Shown piece by piece: positions 34,161 to 47,671 of a stretch of 64,000 nucleotides of DNA (position 1 is its first letter; the number at the start of each line of letters is the position of its first letter). Below the pieces are notes generated by a model. It saw only the letters and a program-made list of their open reading frames with translations. It was not told where the DNA came from and did not search any database. The stretch covers positions 930,001 through 994,000 of the forward strand of contig BROI01000004.1 of assembly GCA_027923505.1 (NCBI GenBank), written 5' to 3'. The translations under genes were made by a program, and so were the position numbers. The stretch comes from Mayamaea pseudoterrestris. Taxonomy: Eukaryota.

Positions 34161-36116
34161 ATGCCAAGCAAATGTCGAAGCAGTAGCAAAGGAAATCACT
34201 GCTTAATTCGTAAGCGACCTGTGAGCTTTGGCAATCCTCGCACGGCGACATATCACGGAAATGTATTCACCACGTATAACGGCGCCAAGACCTTGCCTCC
34301 CATCGTTCAGAAATGTTCGTATGTGCAAAACATGGTAGCCATGGTCCATGTTCCACCGGAGCAAGTTCCGGAAGGAGTCCTCAATCTTGTACGATCACAT
34401 CGACCTTGGATTGATCACATTCGCATCGTTATCGAACAAGTCGATGATTCTTCATCGAATCTTGATAATGAGGAAGAAGAAGACGTATATGCCAATGAAG
34501 AAAAGATAAAAGAAGAGAAAGAAGAAGGAGGTTTGCAGTCACAATCATTGAAAGCAGCATCATGTACATCCATTTCCGCAGCATCCAATTCGCTGACTGT
34601 CCCAGCAATGGAGAATGTTGCTTCCGTTCACGATGCGGAAGAAGACGAAGTAGCTGGAAGTCAATTGGATTTAGTGGCCAGTGACAATCGTCGACAGCCA
34701 GTCAAGAATGAACCAGTCATGCGGACGTATTTGATCTTGTTTCAACTCGACTCGGATGCTGCAGCGGAGCAAATAATTCAGTTCCTGCACAATCAGCCTT
34801 ATTCATGCTTGGACGAAACGCAAATTTGTAACATTTATCCTGTCGTTGCGTTGCAGACGGATGATGACGCAGTTTCGCTCATGTCCCCGTTTCTGGCAGG
34901 AGTCGTGCCATTGTCCAATGCCAGTGTTGACCCCGCTGTAATGGCGAATACATCGGCAGTCGCTGGAACTGAGCGTGCATGTCAATCAATGACTGCAGAC
35001 GACTATCACAACTGCGCCGTGTGTCTCGAGCATTTGCAGTGGGGGCGGGACGACCTGATATCATCATCAGCGGCTGCTTCTGCTGCTGCTCCAAGTAGCG
35101 ATGAGCAGCGTTCCATTTTGACGACGGTTTGCAACCACAGCTTTCACATCGACTGTCTCCTGCAGTGGCAAGACTCTCCATGTCCTGTCTGTAGATATGA
35201 TCATTCTGGATTGAATGGTGCTGTATTAACTCAGTGTTCGCAGTGCGAGCGGACGGATCAAGTCATGGTGTGCTTGATCTGCGGGGTGACCTCGTGCGGC
35301 GGTGCTACTAGTGCTACTAGCAGTGACCAATCCCTGTCAACAGACGCAGGTGCATCGACTGCTAATGGGGACGTGGACGAACTTCAAGTGTTGGCGAACA
35401 ACATGTCAACCTCTCACGCTCGGCGGCATTACAATGAAACCTTGCATGCATATGCACTCGACACGGAGACGCAACACGTTTGGGACTTTGTTGGAGGTGG
35501 CTATGTTCATCGGCTGCTGCAAAACAAGGATGACGGCAAACTTGTGGAAGTGAGTGACCCGAACAATGCGTCAACTTTTGAGCGGACCCAGAATCCAGGT
35601 TTGAGCGACTCGCAGGAAGGTGAAGTGGTGCACCGCAAATTGGAAGGCTATGCGAGTCAGTACTATACACTGTTAAAGTCACAGCTGGAGCAACAGCGTC
35701 TCTACTACGAAGGCCGATTGGAGGAAGTTCGTCGCGAGTACGAGCCGCCGCCTGCGCAGTTGGGCAGGCGCAAAGGAGAATCCACATGTTCCACTTTGAG
35801 AACGACACCCGACCTCATCGCCGCGTTGAAGCAAGAGCGCCGACAATTAGCACAGCGTCTGGAGCGATTACAGGAGCGAGACGACCGTTTACGCAGCGAT
35901 GTATCCGCTCTCAAATCAATGAATGAAAGCATTAGTGAAAACATTGTTCAGTACAAAAATGAGCTTGCCAAGGTGCAGAAGGAGCGACTAGAGTATCAGA
36001 AGTCGTTTCAGGAAAGTTTTCCGGCTCTGGAACAAAGGGTGACACAGTTAATGCTGCAGTTGGAGGCGGGCGATGGCGCGCCGCCCGAGGATGATCGGAA
36101 ACCAGCAGCAAAGTGA
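34161..36116 (+). CDS. BRAP2/ETP1-like E3 ligase (BRAP2, RING, UBP zinc finger, coiled coil)
   Basis: CAVCLE..TTVCNHSFHIDCL..CPVCRY, CLICG..HARRHY..HAYA..VWDFVGGGYVHRL, and YYTLLKSQLEQQRLYYE. Confidence 0.9.
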   Translation: MPSKCRSSSKGNHCLIRKRPVSFGNPRTATYHGNVFTTYNGAKTLPPIVQKCSYVQNMVAMVHVPPEQVPEGVLNLVRSHRPWIDHIRIVIEQVDDSSSNLDNEEEEDVYANEEKIKEEKEEGGLQSQSLKAASCTSISAASNSLTVPAMENVASVHDAEEDEVAGSQLDLVASDNRRQPVKNEPVMRTYLILFQLDSDAAAEQIIQFLHNQPYSCLDETQICNIYPVVALQTDDDAVSLMSPFLAGVVPLSNASVDPAVMANTSAVAGTERACQSMTADDYHNCAVCLEHLQWGRDDLISSSAAASAAAPSSDEQRSILTTVCNHSFHIDCLLQWQDSPCPVCRYDHSGLNGAVLTQCSQCERTDQVMVCLICGVTSCGGATSATSSDQSLSTDAGASTANGDVDELQVLANNMSTSHARRHYNETLHAYALDTETQHVWDFVGGGYVHRLLQNKDDGKLVEVSDPNNASTFERTQNPGLSDSQEGEVVHRKLEGYASQYYTLLKSQLEQQRLYYEGRLEEVRREYEPPPAQLGRRKGESTCSTLRTTPDLIAALKQERRQLAQRLERLQERDDRLRSDVSALKSMNESISENIVQYKNELAKVQKERLEYQKSFQESFPALEQRVTQLMLQLEAGDGAPPEDDRKPAAK

Positions 36117-36173
36117 TAAATGGCGACATTAAGCGACCAAGAGGAATGTATAAAATTCTTTAGACCATTACAA

Positions 36174-37052
36174 TTACAGTATACTCTTCGTATCCGCACG
36201 CCCGGAAACATAGAGCCTTTCATTCTTCAAGAAACAGGCAGTCGCGTGAACATGCTCATCATCGTACGGAATATGCATGTAGGGACGTAGTTCGGAGACG
36301 AGTTTGCATGTAGGAGCGACAATGGGGTTTGGAAATATTTCTCGTAGGGCAGGCAAAACGAAAGACGAGAAGCGTTCCTGCACGTCGCTTCGGCGGGAGA
36401 GTGGTATTGCATCAAAGCGACAAAAGGTCGAGTGAATGATATCGGGTATTCCAAAAATAGTCACCTGTAAATGCGATAACTCCTTTACAGCTTGTATTAA
36501 GCACTTTCGAACGGCTTGAACACCGCCGGTGATGTCCTTTAAAAGTAAAATGCAAGCAACCGTTCCAACTTGTGCCGACTCCAAAACAAGTTCAAGCGGT
36601 CGCGTCGGCCAATCAGGCAACCTCGTGGCATGTTCTAGAATCGTCTTCCACTTTTGCACCAACGTTGATCTTTCCTCAAACAAAACATCGCGTGTAATGT
36701 CGCGAAAGCATGTTGCAATCGTCACGTGCAAGTGTGACAGCGGATAAACGTAGAGTGCAGGGTTTTCTGAACACCAATCAGACTCGTCCTCCCAACATGA
36801 CATGAATGCTTCCACGAAGCGTTCGTATGAATGACCCCACTGCTTCTCATCCACTGGCCAGGCGGCAACCAAAGGCATGGTGAAACCAGGTGCAGTGTGA
36901 CCGTCGCGAAAAAGGCATTTCACGAGCGGATCTGCATAAAACTCGGACGTTTGAGTAGTGCAGTCTTTAGCAGCCTTTTCTTGATTGGACTGCATCTCGT
37001 TTGTAGTTAATAATAGGCTTATTCGTGGTAAGCAAGCTATGGTGGTGCGCAT
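36174..37052 (-). CDS. 2H-phosphoesterase-like protein
   Basis: Two HxT motifs (LHVTIA and IHSTFCRF) at typical spacing. Confidence 0.6.
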   Translation of the reverse strand: MRTTIACLPRISLLLTTNEMQSNQEKAAKDCTTQTSEFYADPLVKCLFRDGHTAPGFTMPLVAAWPVDEKQWGHSYERFVEAFMSCWEDESDWCSENPALYVYPLSHLHVTIATCFRDITRDVLFEERSTLVQKWKTILEHATRLPDWPTRPLELVLESAQVGTVACILLLKDITGGVQAVRKCLIQAVKELSHLQVTIFGIPDIIHSTFCRFDAIPLSRRSDVQERFSSFVLPALREIFPNPIVAPTCKLVSELRPYMHIPYDDEHVHATACFLKNERLYVSGRADTKSIL

Positions 37053-37270
37053 GTAGGAGATTTGTCAAGAAGCTGCAGTGAAACCGTCGAAACGGCGAAA
37101 TGTCGACCTAAAACCGGTAAGACGTTTTGACGAATATTATGATCCCGCAGTCGATCAGAAACATGTGGATAGTACACTTTTATGTCCTCGCACAGAAATT
37201 AGCAATAGATTGATATAATTTTTTATAAAGTGCAGGAAGAGAAGAATAGCAGACAAGCGCAGCCTCGTGC

Positions 37271-39695
37271 TCATCGTTTTTGGGCTCGCTTCTTAAACAA
37301 AGGATGTTGCTTGCGACCCGCCGAAGACGTCTCCTTGTATCGCATGCCACTCCCACCGCTCAGCTGCGACATGGTGGTGCCGGCTGATCGCCTCGCGTCC
37401 GCGAGATTAGCTCCATCGCTGTTCGTCTTGCGAATGGCCGTGTCTTCAGCTCGTTGCTCTCGCTCCAGATCGGTATCACTGGTCAAAACAGTGCGCAGCA
37501 AGTCGCGCTCGTCTTCTGGAGTCGCGTACTTGTAAGACTGTTCCTTTGCTTCCTGCTCCGCCTTCAAATGAAGATTATTGACAATTTTAAAAGTGTAGCC
37601 TTGGTCTATCAAATACTGCTGCCGCTTGGCTGAATAAAACATTTCTTGTGTGTCAGTGCTGACAAGTGTGTAGAAGAATGCATTGAACGACGACCGATTG
37701 CTGCCGTCTTGTTGTGTCCAAGACTTTGGACGAAGAATTCGACCAAGACGCTGGGCTTCTTGACGACGAGAACCAAAATGAGACGAGACTTGAATAATCA
37801 CATTGGCTTCGGGTAAATCAATTGAAGTGTCTCCAACCTTAGAGATGCAAATGGTTCGAATTGCATCCGTGGTGCGAAAAACTCCCAGGATTGCTTGACG
37901 CTCTCGCTCCGGCGTTTCGCCGCATATGAATGGCCGCTCAAGCATGCGTGCGTATAGCTTAAGGCTGGTAACTAGATCGGAAAAGACAATAATCTTGTCG
38001 CCGCGGGCCTCGTGGAAGCGAACTAAGAATTCAGTTGTTCGGAGCTTGTTTGGATTCATCACGTAAAGCAGCTGCTTCAGCCTCGAGTTAGTAGCCATCA
38101 GATACTCCTTCATAAAAGGGCCAGTCATGGGACACCAGGTCTCCACGCACTGAACATTTGCAAGGTACCCCTGAGCCGTCAAGTCCATCCAGTTTGCCTC
38201 GTACAGTTTAGGACCAATCAAAAAGTTGAGGTCAGAAATGAGGTCGTCCTCGCGGACTGAAAAAGTATAGAACACGTGATATATGTAAGCACTTGCAAAA
38301 GCTTCACAGCGATACAAAAGTCCTCCACTTACCAAGTGTCGCGGTCAAACCTAATCGGCAGTGCGCCTTGACGCTACCAATGACGCGACGAAACATCTTG
38401 GCTGGCACGACATGCACTTCATCCATGAGCAAGAGTCCCCACTCGCGGCCTGTAATGACATCCATAATCTCCTGCGACTGCGCCGACCGCTTGCCCGAAA
38501 ATGACACCATCGTATAGGTGGTTACAAGGACACAGGCATCCGGATGAATCGTATCCTTACGATCCGATGTAAAGACGGCAATGTGCTCGTCCGGAATTGA
38601 CGTCCATAACTGAAACTGATGTTTCCACTGCAACACGCTCACCGAGTTTGTGCACAAGCAAACGACCGACTTTTTGATAGTCTGTGCCGCCGTCACGCCC
38701 GTCAACGTTTTACCAGCTCCACAAGGCAAGACGATGATACCACTTCTCGCGCGACCATTGCCAAACATTTTAGCCAACGACCGTTCCTGGTAGCGACGAA
38801 TCCGCGTTTGCGGCTTTAAATCAAAATGAGGAACGTTCGGATTGGTATTGTCGGCCCGAAACTCGTATTCATCTAAAAGTGGATAATCCATTTCAATCGC
38901 CTGCCGACGTACTTGCTCCACCGTTTCACCGCGAATCTGGAACGAAACGACAACGTTCGGACGTGACTGCTGCATCTGTTGCTGCGTTCGACCATTTGCG
39001 TCACCACCATGCTCCTCATCGTCGGAATCGTCATCCGGCTCGAGCATTTGTAAATTTTCTTTCATTTCCTCCGCCTTGCTTGACGTCAAGAATCCATGTT
39101 CATCAACTGCCATGTTACCATTGCCTTCGGCATCTTCGGCAACACGAGCCTGTGCAATGGTCGGATCACGCAGCAACTCACGCAAGACCATGGGATGTTC
39201 GCTCTCCACAAAGAATTTATTGTCACGCAACACCAACTTGGCCTTGCCGTACTTTTGCGTGCAGTCTCTCACAAAGCGATCAACTTGCTTGGGCAATGCA
39301 TTCTTGGAGAGTCGCTCCAGTACAGTGATAATGCTTTCTGTTGGAATCTGCGTCGCGACTGCCGCATACAGCGAGTATGGCGTGAGCTTGTAGACGTGAA
39401 TCAATTCTGGCCTCGACACTGGTTCTGAAATGGCCACCAAAAAGTCGTACGCTTGCACGTATAAATCGTGAAACGCTTCCAAGTAAATGAATCCATCTGG
39501 ACATGTCCAGCAGGGCCGTTGAATGTGATCTGGCTTGAGGCTCATTTTGGAAAAATCGGCTCCAAGGAGTGGGTCGCCGCCATCCTGCTGCAGTTTGGAT
39601 GTTCCGCCAGCCGTCAAAGCCTTTTCGCGACTGGCGGCTCGCTCGACAAGCTTTTGAGCGCTCGTGTACTCGGCTTGACCTCTCTCTGCCTCCAT
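37271..39695 (-). CDS. XPB: TFIIH helicase XPB (ERCC3/SSL2), 2 exons
   Basis: SGIIVLPCGAGKTL, DEVH, GLTATL/VREDD across intron 38332-38257, and QEAQRLGRILR. Confidence 0.97.
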
Positions 39696-40140
39696 TCTTA
39701 ACTGCTTGAGTCGATTCAAAATACAGTTGCTTCTGCAATTGATGGAACTGTTGGCAGTGTGGGCAATCGCGAAACGTGCCGCCGTGAAGGCGCGAAATTG
39801 TACTGTTTGCTTAATACTGCGGTTCACTGTATGGGAAAATGCGTCAAGAGGCAATACTGTGAAACAAAGCCACGTGAAAACTGCGTGACAAGGCTCTAGT
39901 ATATATCGCACGCCAGTGAAAACAGCGTCATTAGGCTTTAGTATGAAACGAGTGCCACGGAAAACTGAGTCATTTCTTCGAGAACCGCTACGATAGAATC
40001 TTCTTGTCCAAGAAGCTCATCGTTTTCGACGAACCACATCTTACATGCCGACCGGCGGAAGATCCTGTGCAAACATAGTCGCGGATCAAGCAGGTCCACC
40101 TCGCTGAAGTTTTGCATTAATTGACTCATTCACACCAATC

Positions 40141-42694
40141 ATGTCGCGACGTTCTAGCTATACCGAAATTGGAGGCGTGTCTACATCGGACAGTGGTAAT
40201 GGACATGGTGATGGCACAAGAAATTACAGCAACAAAATGAATCTTTCGCAACTTCATTACATTGGCGCACTTGCGGCGCTAATACTTATTGGCGCAGCTG
40301 TCTACAAGTTGAATCCTTTTGCCAAGGATCAAGTCATTGTCGTCCAAGATCATCCGGTCAACGAACCACTTCCATCTATTGAGTATCGGCCATACTGTGA
40401 GTCGCACAGTCGCCTCAAGAAGACCATTCAACTCATTCAAACGAGCATGAGCGAACCATCCCGACAATGGGCTCCGTTGCCATGTCTACCTGCCGCGCAA
40501 AGGCGTGTGACGCTCAATACAGCCTTGGCGCCCGACGCGAGAATCATGGTGGATTTTAGCAAGACGCCGTTCAATCATTCGGTGCTTGGATTTGGAGGCG
40601 CGTTCACCGACAGCAGCGCATTGAACTTTCATCGGCTCTCCAATCGCGGCAAGGATCAAATCATGGAACTCTTATTTGGCAAATCGGGGTTGGGTTACAG
40701 CTTGGGGCGAGTTCCTATCAATTCGTGCGACTTTTCTGTCGACAGCTACTCGTTCGACGAAACGGTGGACGACTTTGATTTGGTAGATTTTGACCTGGCC
40801 GTCACGCAGAATGTCGAGAATGGCATGGTTGACATGATCATGCGGGCATCAAGCAAGCTCAAGACGGACTGGAATCTTGATTTGAAGCTCATGGGTAGTC
40901 CATGGTCGCCTCCGGCCTGGATGAAGCATCCAACCCAGCAAGACTCCAAGCATGCCGTTCATGCGGCTAAAATGACGGGGTCACACGAGCCATCCTGTCT
41001 ACGAGATGGTGTCGGAAAGAAATCCAAGTACGCAGCGTCATGGGCATTATACTTGAGCAAGTTTCTGACCGCCTACGAGGCGCTGGGCTTGCCCTTTTGG
41101 TCGCTCACCGTGCAAAACGAACCAGAGTTTGCCGCGCCATGGGAGGCTTGCGCTTATACGGCCGAGGTGCAGAAGGACTTTGTCGCGCATCACCTTGGAC
41201 CGCGACTCAAGGATGACCATCCAGACGTGAAAATTTTGATCTTTGACCACAACAAGGATCATGTGAATGACTGGGTTGAGGAAATTATGAATGCGAGCAG
41301 TAGCGCCGCTGAATATGTTGATGGCACCGCCTATCATTGGTACGCGGGTGGCATGGATCGCTTGCTAGATGGTGCGCTCGGGACGCCAAACATGCATCGC
41401 CTCCAGCACAAGCTTCAGAAACTTGGTATCCACATTGACCACATTGTAATTGGTTCCGAGTCCTGTCACTGTCCGACGACGGCGTATGCTGGTGGCAGCA
41501 AGGAGATCTCTTGGGCGCGAGCCGAGCGATATGCGCATACTATACTTGCCGACTTGGCGGCGGGGAGTCACGGTATGTACAGTGACATGCCAATGCATTG
41601 TGTGTGTTTTGAATGTAGATAGATTAAAACTGATTCCCTCACTTTTACTCAATCATCAAGGTTGGATGGAGTGGAACCTTATACTGGATGGCATCGGTGG
41701 ACCAAACCATCTCGGAAACCTTTGCGAGACGACCCTCCTGTCAGTCCCACACCGAGCGATGGATGCGACCATTGACGCGTCTCCTCTACCTCATTTTGAG
41801 TTGCAGCAACCCATGGGTAACATTAGTATGGGCGATGGCAGGACGCGGGAAGAACTGAACGCACTTGGATTTCCAGCCAGTTTTCTGGATGTGGGCATTG
41901 CTGTGCAGCCAATCTACTTTTACATGGGACACATTTCTCGCTATGTTCGACCCGGATCGACTGCCGTCATGGGCTTGGTCCATCCTGCATCTGGAGATGG
42001 TGGTGATATCTTCATGCCAGAGGGACAAGACGTCCCAGGTGGAGGCTTGAACGATCTGGCGAAGACGGGTATAGAGCTGACTGTCTGGCCATGTGAAGGA
42101 TCGACACGCCAGCAATTCAAATGGGATGACATTACGCGGAATATCAAAGTGCATGGCCATGACTGGCTGGGCAATCCGACTGCTTCTTGCGTTGACGGAA
42201 AAGTTGACAGCGATTTTCATGGTTTGCGACTCGTTGAATGTGACGACCAAGCGGGAAAATTTGGTTTCAGAGACATTGGCAATAGTACGTTTCAAGTGCT
42301 GCTGGAGAGTGGGCTTCGCACTTCGAAAGACCATTGTTTAGTAATTGAGCACCTTGGCAATGACGGTGGATCGTACGGACGTACTGGCGGGGCTCAAGTA
42401 AGTCTTGGTAAATGCTCTCACCCGTCTGCCGAGTGGATTATCAATCCTGTCACTGGTGAAGCTTCTTCGCTGTACTTCAAAAATGAAGAGGCTGAAAACA
42501 GGGTTTGTATGACGACTGGTTGGCCCTTCCTGCAGGTAGGAGCATTCTTGACTCCCGAAGGCGATGCGCCTCAGACTGTCGTAGTACTTAACGAAGCAAG
42601 TCAGTCGGCAAACTATGCTCTGCAGGATGAGAATGAAGTTCTTGTGACTGGCATGATACCGCCGCGATCCATACAGACGATTACGATAGGCTAG
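40141..42694 (+). CDS. Glycoside hydrolase family 30 (glucosylceramidase-like), 2 exons
   Basis: GFGGAFTD, SCDFS, SPWSPPAWMK, QNEP (acid/base), SESC (nucleophile) and GWMEWNL across intron 41573-41660. N-terminal TM anchor. Confidence 0.9.
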
Positions 42695-42756
42695 CCATAT
42701 AAAAGTTAAACGTCAAGTCTATTGATAACCTCTTCTAGTTATTTTTCGATATCTAT

Positions 42757-44213
42757 TTATGGCCCAAAGTCGTGATGTCCGACACATAGTGCAGTTGCCA
42801 AGATTCCAAAGACAAGGAAGGGTTGTGAGCTCGCTTGGTACTTGACATCATTGTTGATTGGATCGGGCAGCAAGAGCGTCGCTTGGAAGTAAACCTGCGG
42901 CAAAAGCAAAGCGAGCATAATGGCTGCATACGTGGGTTCTCCAATGCTCAGCAGATAAGCAGCAACGCCCAACTGGGTGAGGGTAAGGCCTCCGGCGCAT
43001 ATGTATTTGGCGGTGTCGACGCCAAAGGCGACGGGAAGTGATTGCAAACCAAGTGCGCGATCACCTTCAATCGATTTAAAATCGTTAACGATGGCGACCG
43101 ACAAACCCGCAATGGAGTAGAGAATTGGACTGTAATAGCGAGATGATATGCTTGTGTAAGCGATACACACATCGGGGAATCTGCAAACCAAGCAATATGA
43201 CTTGTGATACGTACAGAATAAAGTAGACCGGCCGGTCTAGGTCTCCAAAGACTGCCTGCCCACACCACCAAGGCAAGGAAATGTAGGACGCGCCAAGCGC
43301 AAAGTTACCAGCCCATCCATTCTGCTTCAGCTTTAGAGGAGGAGCTGAGTAAATATAACTAATGAATGAACCAAAGATGGACAGCAACAGGACGGTTGGA
43401 ACGTCGTGACCGGCCCACACGTCAAGGCCATAGGCAATTCCTAGACCTCCAAGCAGCAAGAACCAAATCTGCGCAATAACTTCCTTCTCTGAAATGGCTC
43501 CACTGGGAATCGGACGGTAAGGTTCGTTAATAGCGTCAATCTCGCGGTCGTACCAGTCGTTGATGGTTTGTGTGTATCCAGTAAGAAATGGACCAGCGAG
43601 AATCTACGGCAGTGCAGAATATCAAAAACATTGAGTGAGAACTGGATGCGATAAACGAAATGAAATTGTTGCGGCAAGTGCAACGCTTGACGTACCATGG
43701 CGACGAATCCTTTCGCCGCATCCGTCAAGCCGAGCATGACGTCGCGATCGTTTGGGTCAAACGGATTCCAGATCCAGTGATAGTTGCCAGACGCGGCTGC
43801 CCCGCACATGACACCCCTGTGGTTGCGTCACGATAAAGTGTTAGAGCAAAATTTCGGCATATCATTGTACTCCATGATAGTGTGTTCATTCTGACGTACC
43901 AGACGAGTGGTACCCATGTGACAGGCTTAGTCAATTGCAGTCGAATCTTCCAAATATTCGTCTCTGAAGCAGCTCCTTTAACTCCCAACAGTTGTCGAAG
44001 ATTTCCGTTATTGTCTGCGTCTTGCTTCGCTTGCAACAGCGTTTCACTGGAACGAGGTGACGGTTCTTGTTGAAAGGGAAAGAAAGAATCTTGTCGTCCG
44101 GGAAGCAGTGAAACTTTGGACAATGACGATCGACTCGTCAATTTTGACGCGAAACTCTGGAAGCCATTTGCTCCAACAGCTAGTAGAAGAAGAAGCACGA
44201 TTTTTGACGACAT
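42757..44213 (-). CDS. chlG: Chlorophyll synthase, about 4 exons
   Basis: Presequence ANG-FQ, then IWKIRLQLTKPVTW, TGYTQTINDWYDREIDAINEPYRPIPSG, YSAPPLKLKQNGW, VNDFKSIEGD and NDVKYQASSQPF. Confidence 0.95.
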
Positions 44214-44898
44214 GGTTGCCTTGGCCGGTCTCGGGTTGTGAAAGAGCAAGGCCAAGTTGATGTTTGGATCGGTTTATGGAACCTTGTGACGTGCGGCTGC
44301 AATGATTCGTCGTATCGGTAATGGTTTTAGTCGTGGTACGACGGCGACTACCGGTTAGGTAGAGTAATGTATGGACCGGTTAAGTATCACGAAGGCACTA
44401 ATTTTCGTCGAAGCTAAAAGACGCTGATGGTTGGCAATGCCGCCTAACGACTTCAAATGCTGTAACAGTACAAAGTACGATGATCAGGCAACGTGAGTGT
44501 ATACTTGCACTTGACGCATAGCTACCGGTAGGCGACTTAACAACAGCGTCAAACGCCAGTCTATGGTATCCAGCGTGGCCACGGCATTGCCTCTCCACAA
44601 GGCAATTGACATTTGCTCCAACGGAAACGGATGATGCCAAATGATATTTGTCATTCAGGAAAACTACAAATGCCGGAAGTGAATTTTATAGCCCTTGAAG
44701 TCAAGTCAATAGCTTGACATCATTCAGTATTGAATACTTGACGCTGCATCATTAGTCTGAATGAAAGAGTACTGAAAGGCTTTTGGATCTTCCGCACCTG
44801 CCCGCTCACCTTGAAGTATTTTTCTCATTCGACAGATCGATCACAATTTTCGATCCTCGCTTGCGATACAATAGCAACCCCAAGGATCGAACAAAACC

Positions 44899-47671
44899 AT
44901 GTCGCTCTCTGTTGCCGACTTTCAAACTCCACCAGAGTTCAGCACCTATGCCGGGCAGGAATCGTTCTTTGAAGGGAGCCCTCCGCGTAAGTGAAGATCG
45001 AAGGAATTACCCGTTGTGTCGCGCGATGCTCATCTTCCGAAGATCCAGAGAGAAGTTTCACGACGTCCACATAATCGATCATGCATCATGCCTTACCAAC
45101 GCTCTTCTTGCCTGTACAACAGTCTCTCAAGGAGTTGGATACGCGGTAGTGTTGGGCTTCGGTGTTGCCTTCTCCGTCCTTACGACTCTTCTCGTTTACA
45201 TCAACCGTTGGTTTAGTGATCAGGGAAATGTGACCTCCGAACATTTCAAGTGAGTTTACATTGGATCCTCTCAAGAGTAGAACTACTGCAGGATGCCTTT
45301 GCGGGCTTTTTATCTCCTATTTATGCTCACATCATCATTTTTTCGTTCTGCAGCACCGCTGGGCGCATGATCAAAACGGGTTTGACTGCCTCTGTCGTTG
45401 TCTCCAACTGGACATGGGCTGCGACCATTCTTCAGTCCTCCAACGTTGCCTGGGAGTATGGTGTCTCGGGACCTTTCTGGTACGTTCAGCAAGCGCGATG
45501 GCGATCCATGCATGAATGGAGATTACAAGTGCCGTCATGAGAGAGGGAACTTTCGTGATTAGCTAACCCTCTCTTCGCTTTCTACGAACAGGTACGCTTC
45601 AGGAGCTACCATTCAAGTACTTTTGTTTGGTGTCCTTGCTGTCAACATCAAGAAGGTTGCTCCAAGCTCTCATACCGTCTGTGAGATTGTCAATGCCCGT
45701 TGGGGCAAGGCGGCTCACATCACCTTTCTCTGCTTTTGCTTCGCGTAAGTGACAGCGCTGGCAGTGTCGCATATTGTTGCCGTCTCTGTGCTCATTGATT
45801 TGCTTAACTTCTTTCGCCATCAGCGCGAACATTATTGTCACGTCGATGCTTTTGCTCGGTGGCGCCGCCACCATCGAGGCGCTCACCGGCATTGACTACC
45901 GTCTCGCTGCGTTTCTCATTCCGTGGGGAGTAATCTTGTACACGGCCAGTGGTGGGCTCCAGGCTGCCATGCTTTCTGCCTACGTCCATACGGTTGTCAT
46001 TTACGCAGTCTTGGTCATTATGGTCTTCCTTGTCTACATTAAACTCTACTCAAGCGATCAGATCTACGATTTCCTCCAACAGACCGTTAGCTACACTGAA
46101 GATGAATGTAAGGCCATCTTCTCGTCAAACGGAACGGTGGATTCCACTTTCTTTGAAGCAGATACGTACGCCTGCGGACCTGTTCCGGGTAACAACGAAG
46201 GTTCCTACTTGACCATGCTGTCCGGCGGTGGATTGATGTTTGGTGTGGTAAGTACCCAGTCATCTTCATTCCGCTGCACACAAAGAACAAGCTAACTGCT
46301 ATACGCCCTTATTCTCCTCCAAAGATTAATCTGGTTGGTAACTTTGGTACTGTTTTCGTGGATCAAGTGTACTGGCAATCAGGTATCGCGGCGCGTCCGT
46401 CATCAGCTGCTCGTGGGTACTTGCTTGGCGGGTAAGTGGAGGACTTTTTACGGTGTAGTACTTTATGAAAACCATGCCTCACCTTTTGTATCTTTCGCAT
46501 CTATTATAGACTCTGCTGGTTTGCCATCCCCTTCTCCCTTGCCACTTCGCTCGGCTTGACTTCGGTTGCCCTCATGCTCCCCTTGACAAAGGACGAAGCG
46601 GGCAGTGGCTTGGTGCCACCTGCTGTGGCCTACCAGCTCCTTGGTAACGCTGGGTCCGTCCTGATTCTTGTCATGCTTTTCATGGCTATTACTGCCACTG
46701 GAGCGTCAGAGTCCATCGCAGTTGCCTCTCTGATTACGTACGACATTTACCGGACGTACTTTAACCCGGATGCCACGGGAGACCAGATTCTTCGCGTCTC
46801 GCAAATCTGCATCGTCGTCTTTGGCATTTTCAGTGGTGCCTTTGCCATCATTTTGCAAACGATTGGTTTAACTCTTGGATGGGTCTATCTCTTCATGTAA
46901 GTGCATGTTAGCTACAGAGTCTCCAACGTCAAGCGCCATTCTCATCGTTTTGCTTTTCTCAGGGGTATTGTCATTGGATCCGCTGTCTGCCCATTGTGGA
47001 ACATGATGACCTGGAAGAAGGCCAGTGGCACCGGCGCAGTCATTGCTGCCTGGGGTGGCTTTGCGCTCGCCCTGATCACGTGGCTCGTCGCTGCCAAGAT
47101 CCAAGGCGGAGAGGTGACGGTCGCCACCCTCGGCACGAATGAGGTCATGCTCGCAGGCAACTTGGTCGCCATCTGCATGTCAGGCACCATCCACTTTGTC
47201 TGGAGCATGTGGATTGACCCTCAAGATTACGACTTTTCCGAACTCGACAAGCGCATTTCTCTGGTCGAGGAGGACAATCGCGGCTTGACGGAGGAGGAAC
47301 GCGATCCGGTGCTCTTGCGTCGCACCGAGCGTTGGATCAAGCATCGCGGATACGCCATTAGTCTCATTCTCATTGTCGTCTGGCCAGTGCTTTCCATTCC
47401 GGCTGGAGTCTTTACCAAGTCTTACTTTGCGTTCTGGGTCCTCGTGTCCGTCGCGTGGGGCTTTGCCGCGGCCATCATCATCACCATTCTCCCTCTCACG
47501 GAGAGTGCCGAAGATATCAACCGCGTCTTGTCGGGCATGTTTAACAAGGTCTTGGGTCGTGAGCCAGATATTCGCGGCCCCAAGCCCGGTATCGAGAGTA
47601 CGGAAGCTGTCGAGGAAGCGCCACACAAGGTGGATGAGGACGACAGCGTTGAAAAGGTTGTGGATGCCTAA
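44899..47671 (+). CDS. DUR3: High-affinity urea transporter (DUR3, sodium:solute symporter family), 8 exons
   Basis: [47 protein letters not shown] and SGLVPPA. Seven GT-AG introns start at 44987, 45250, 45480, 45745, 46248, 46432 and 46897. Confidence 0.93.

Noticed and set aside
25705..36116. Operon-like or biosynthetic gene cluster among the host genes
   Set aside because: Functions are unrelated and orientations are mixed, consistent with ordinary compact gene packing.
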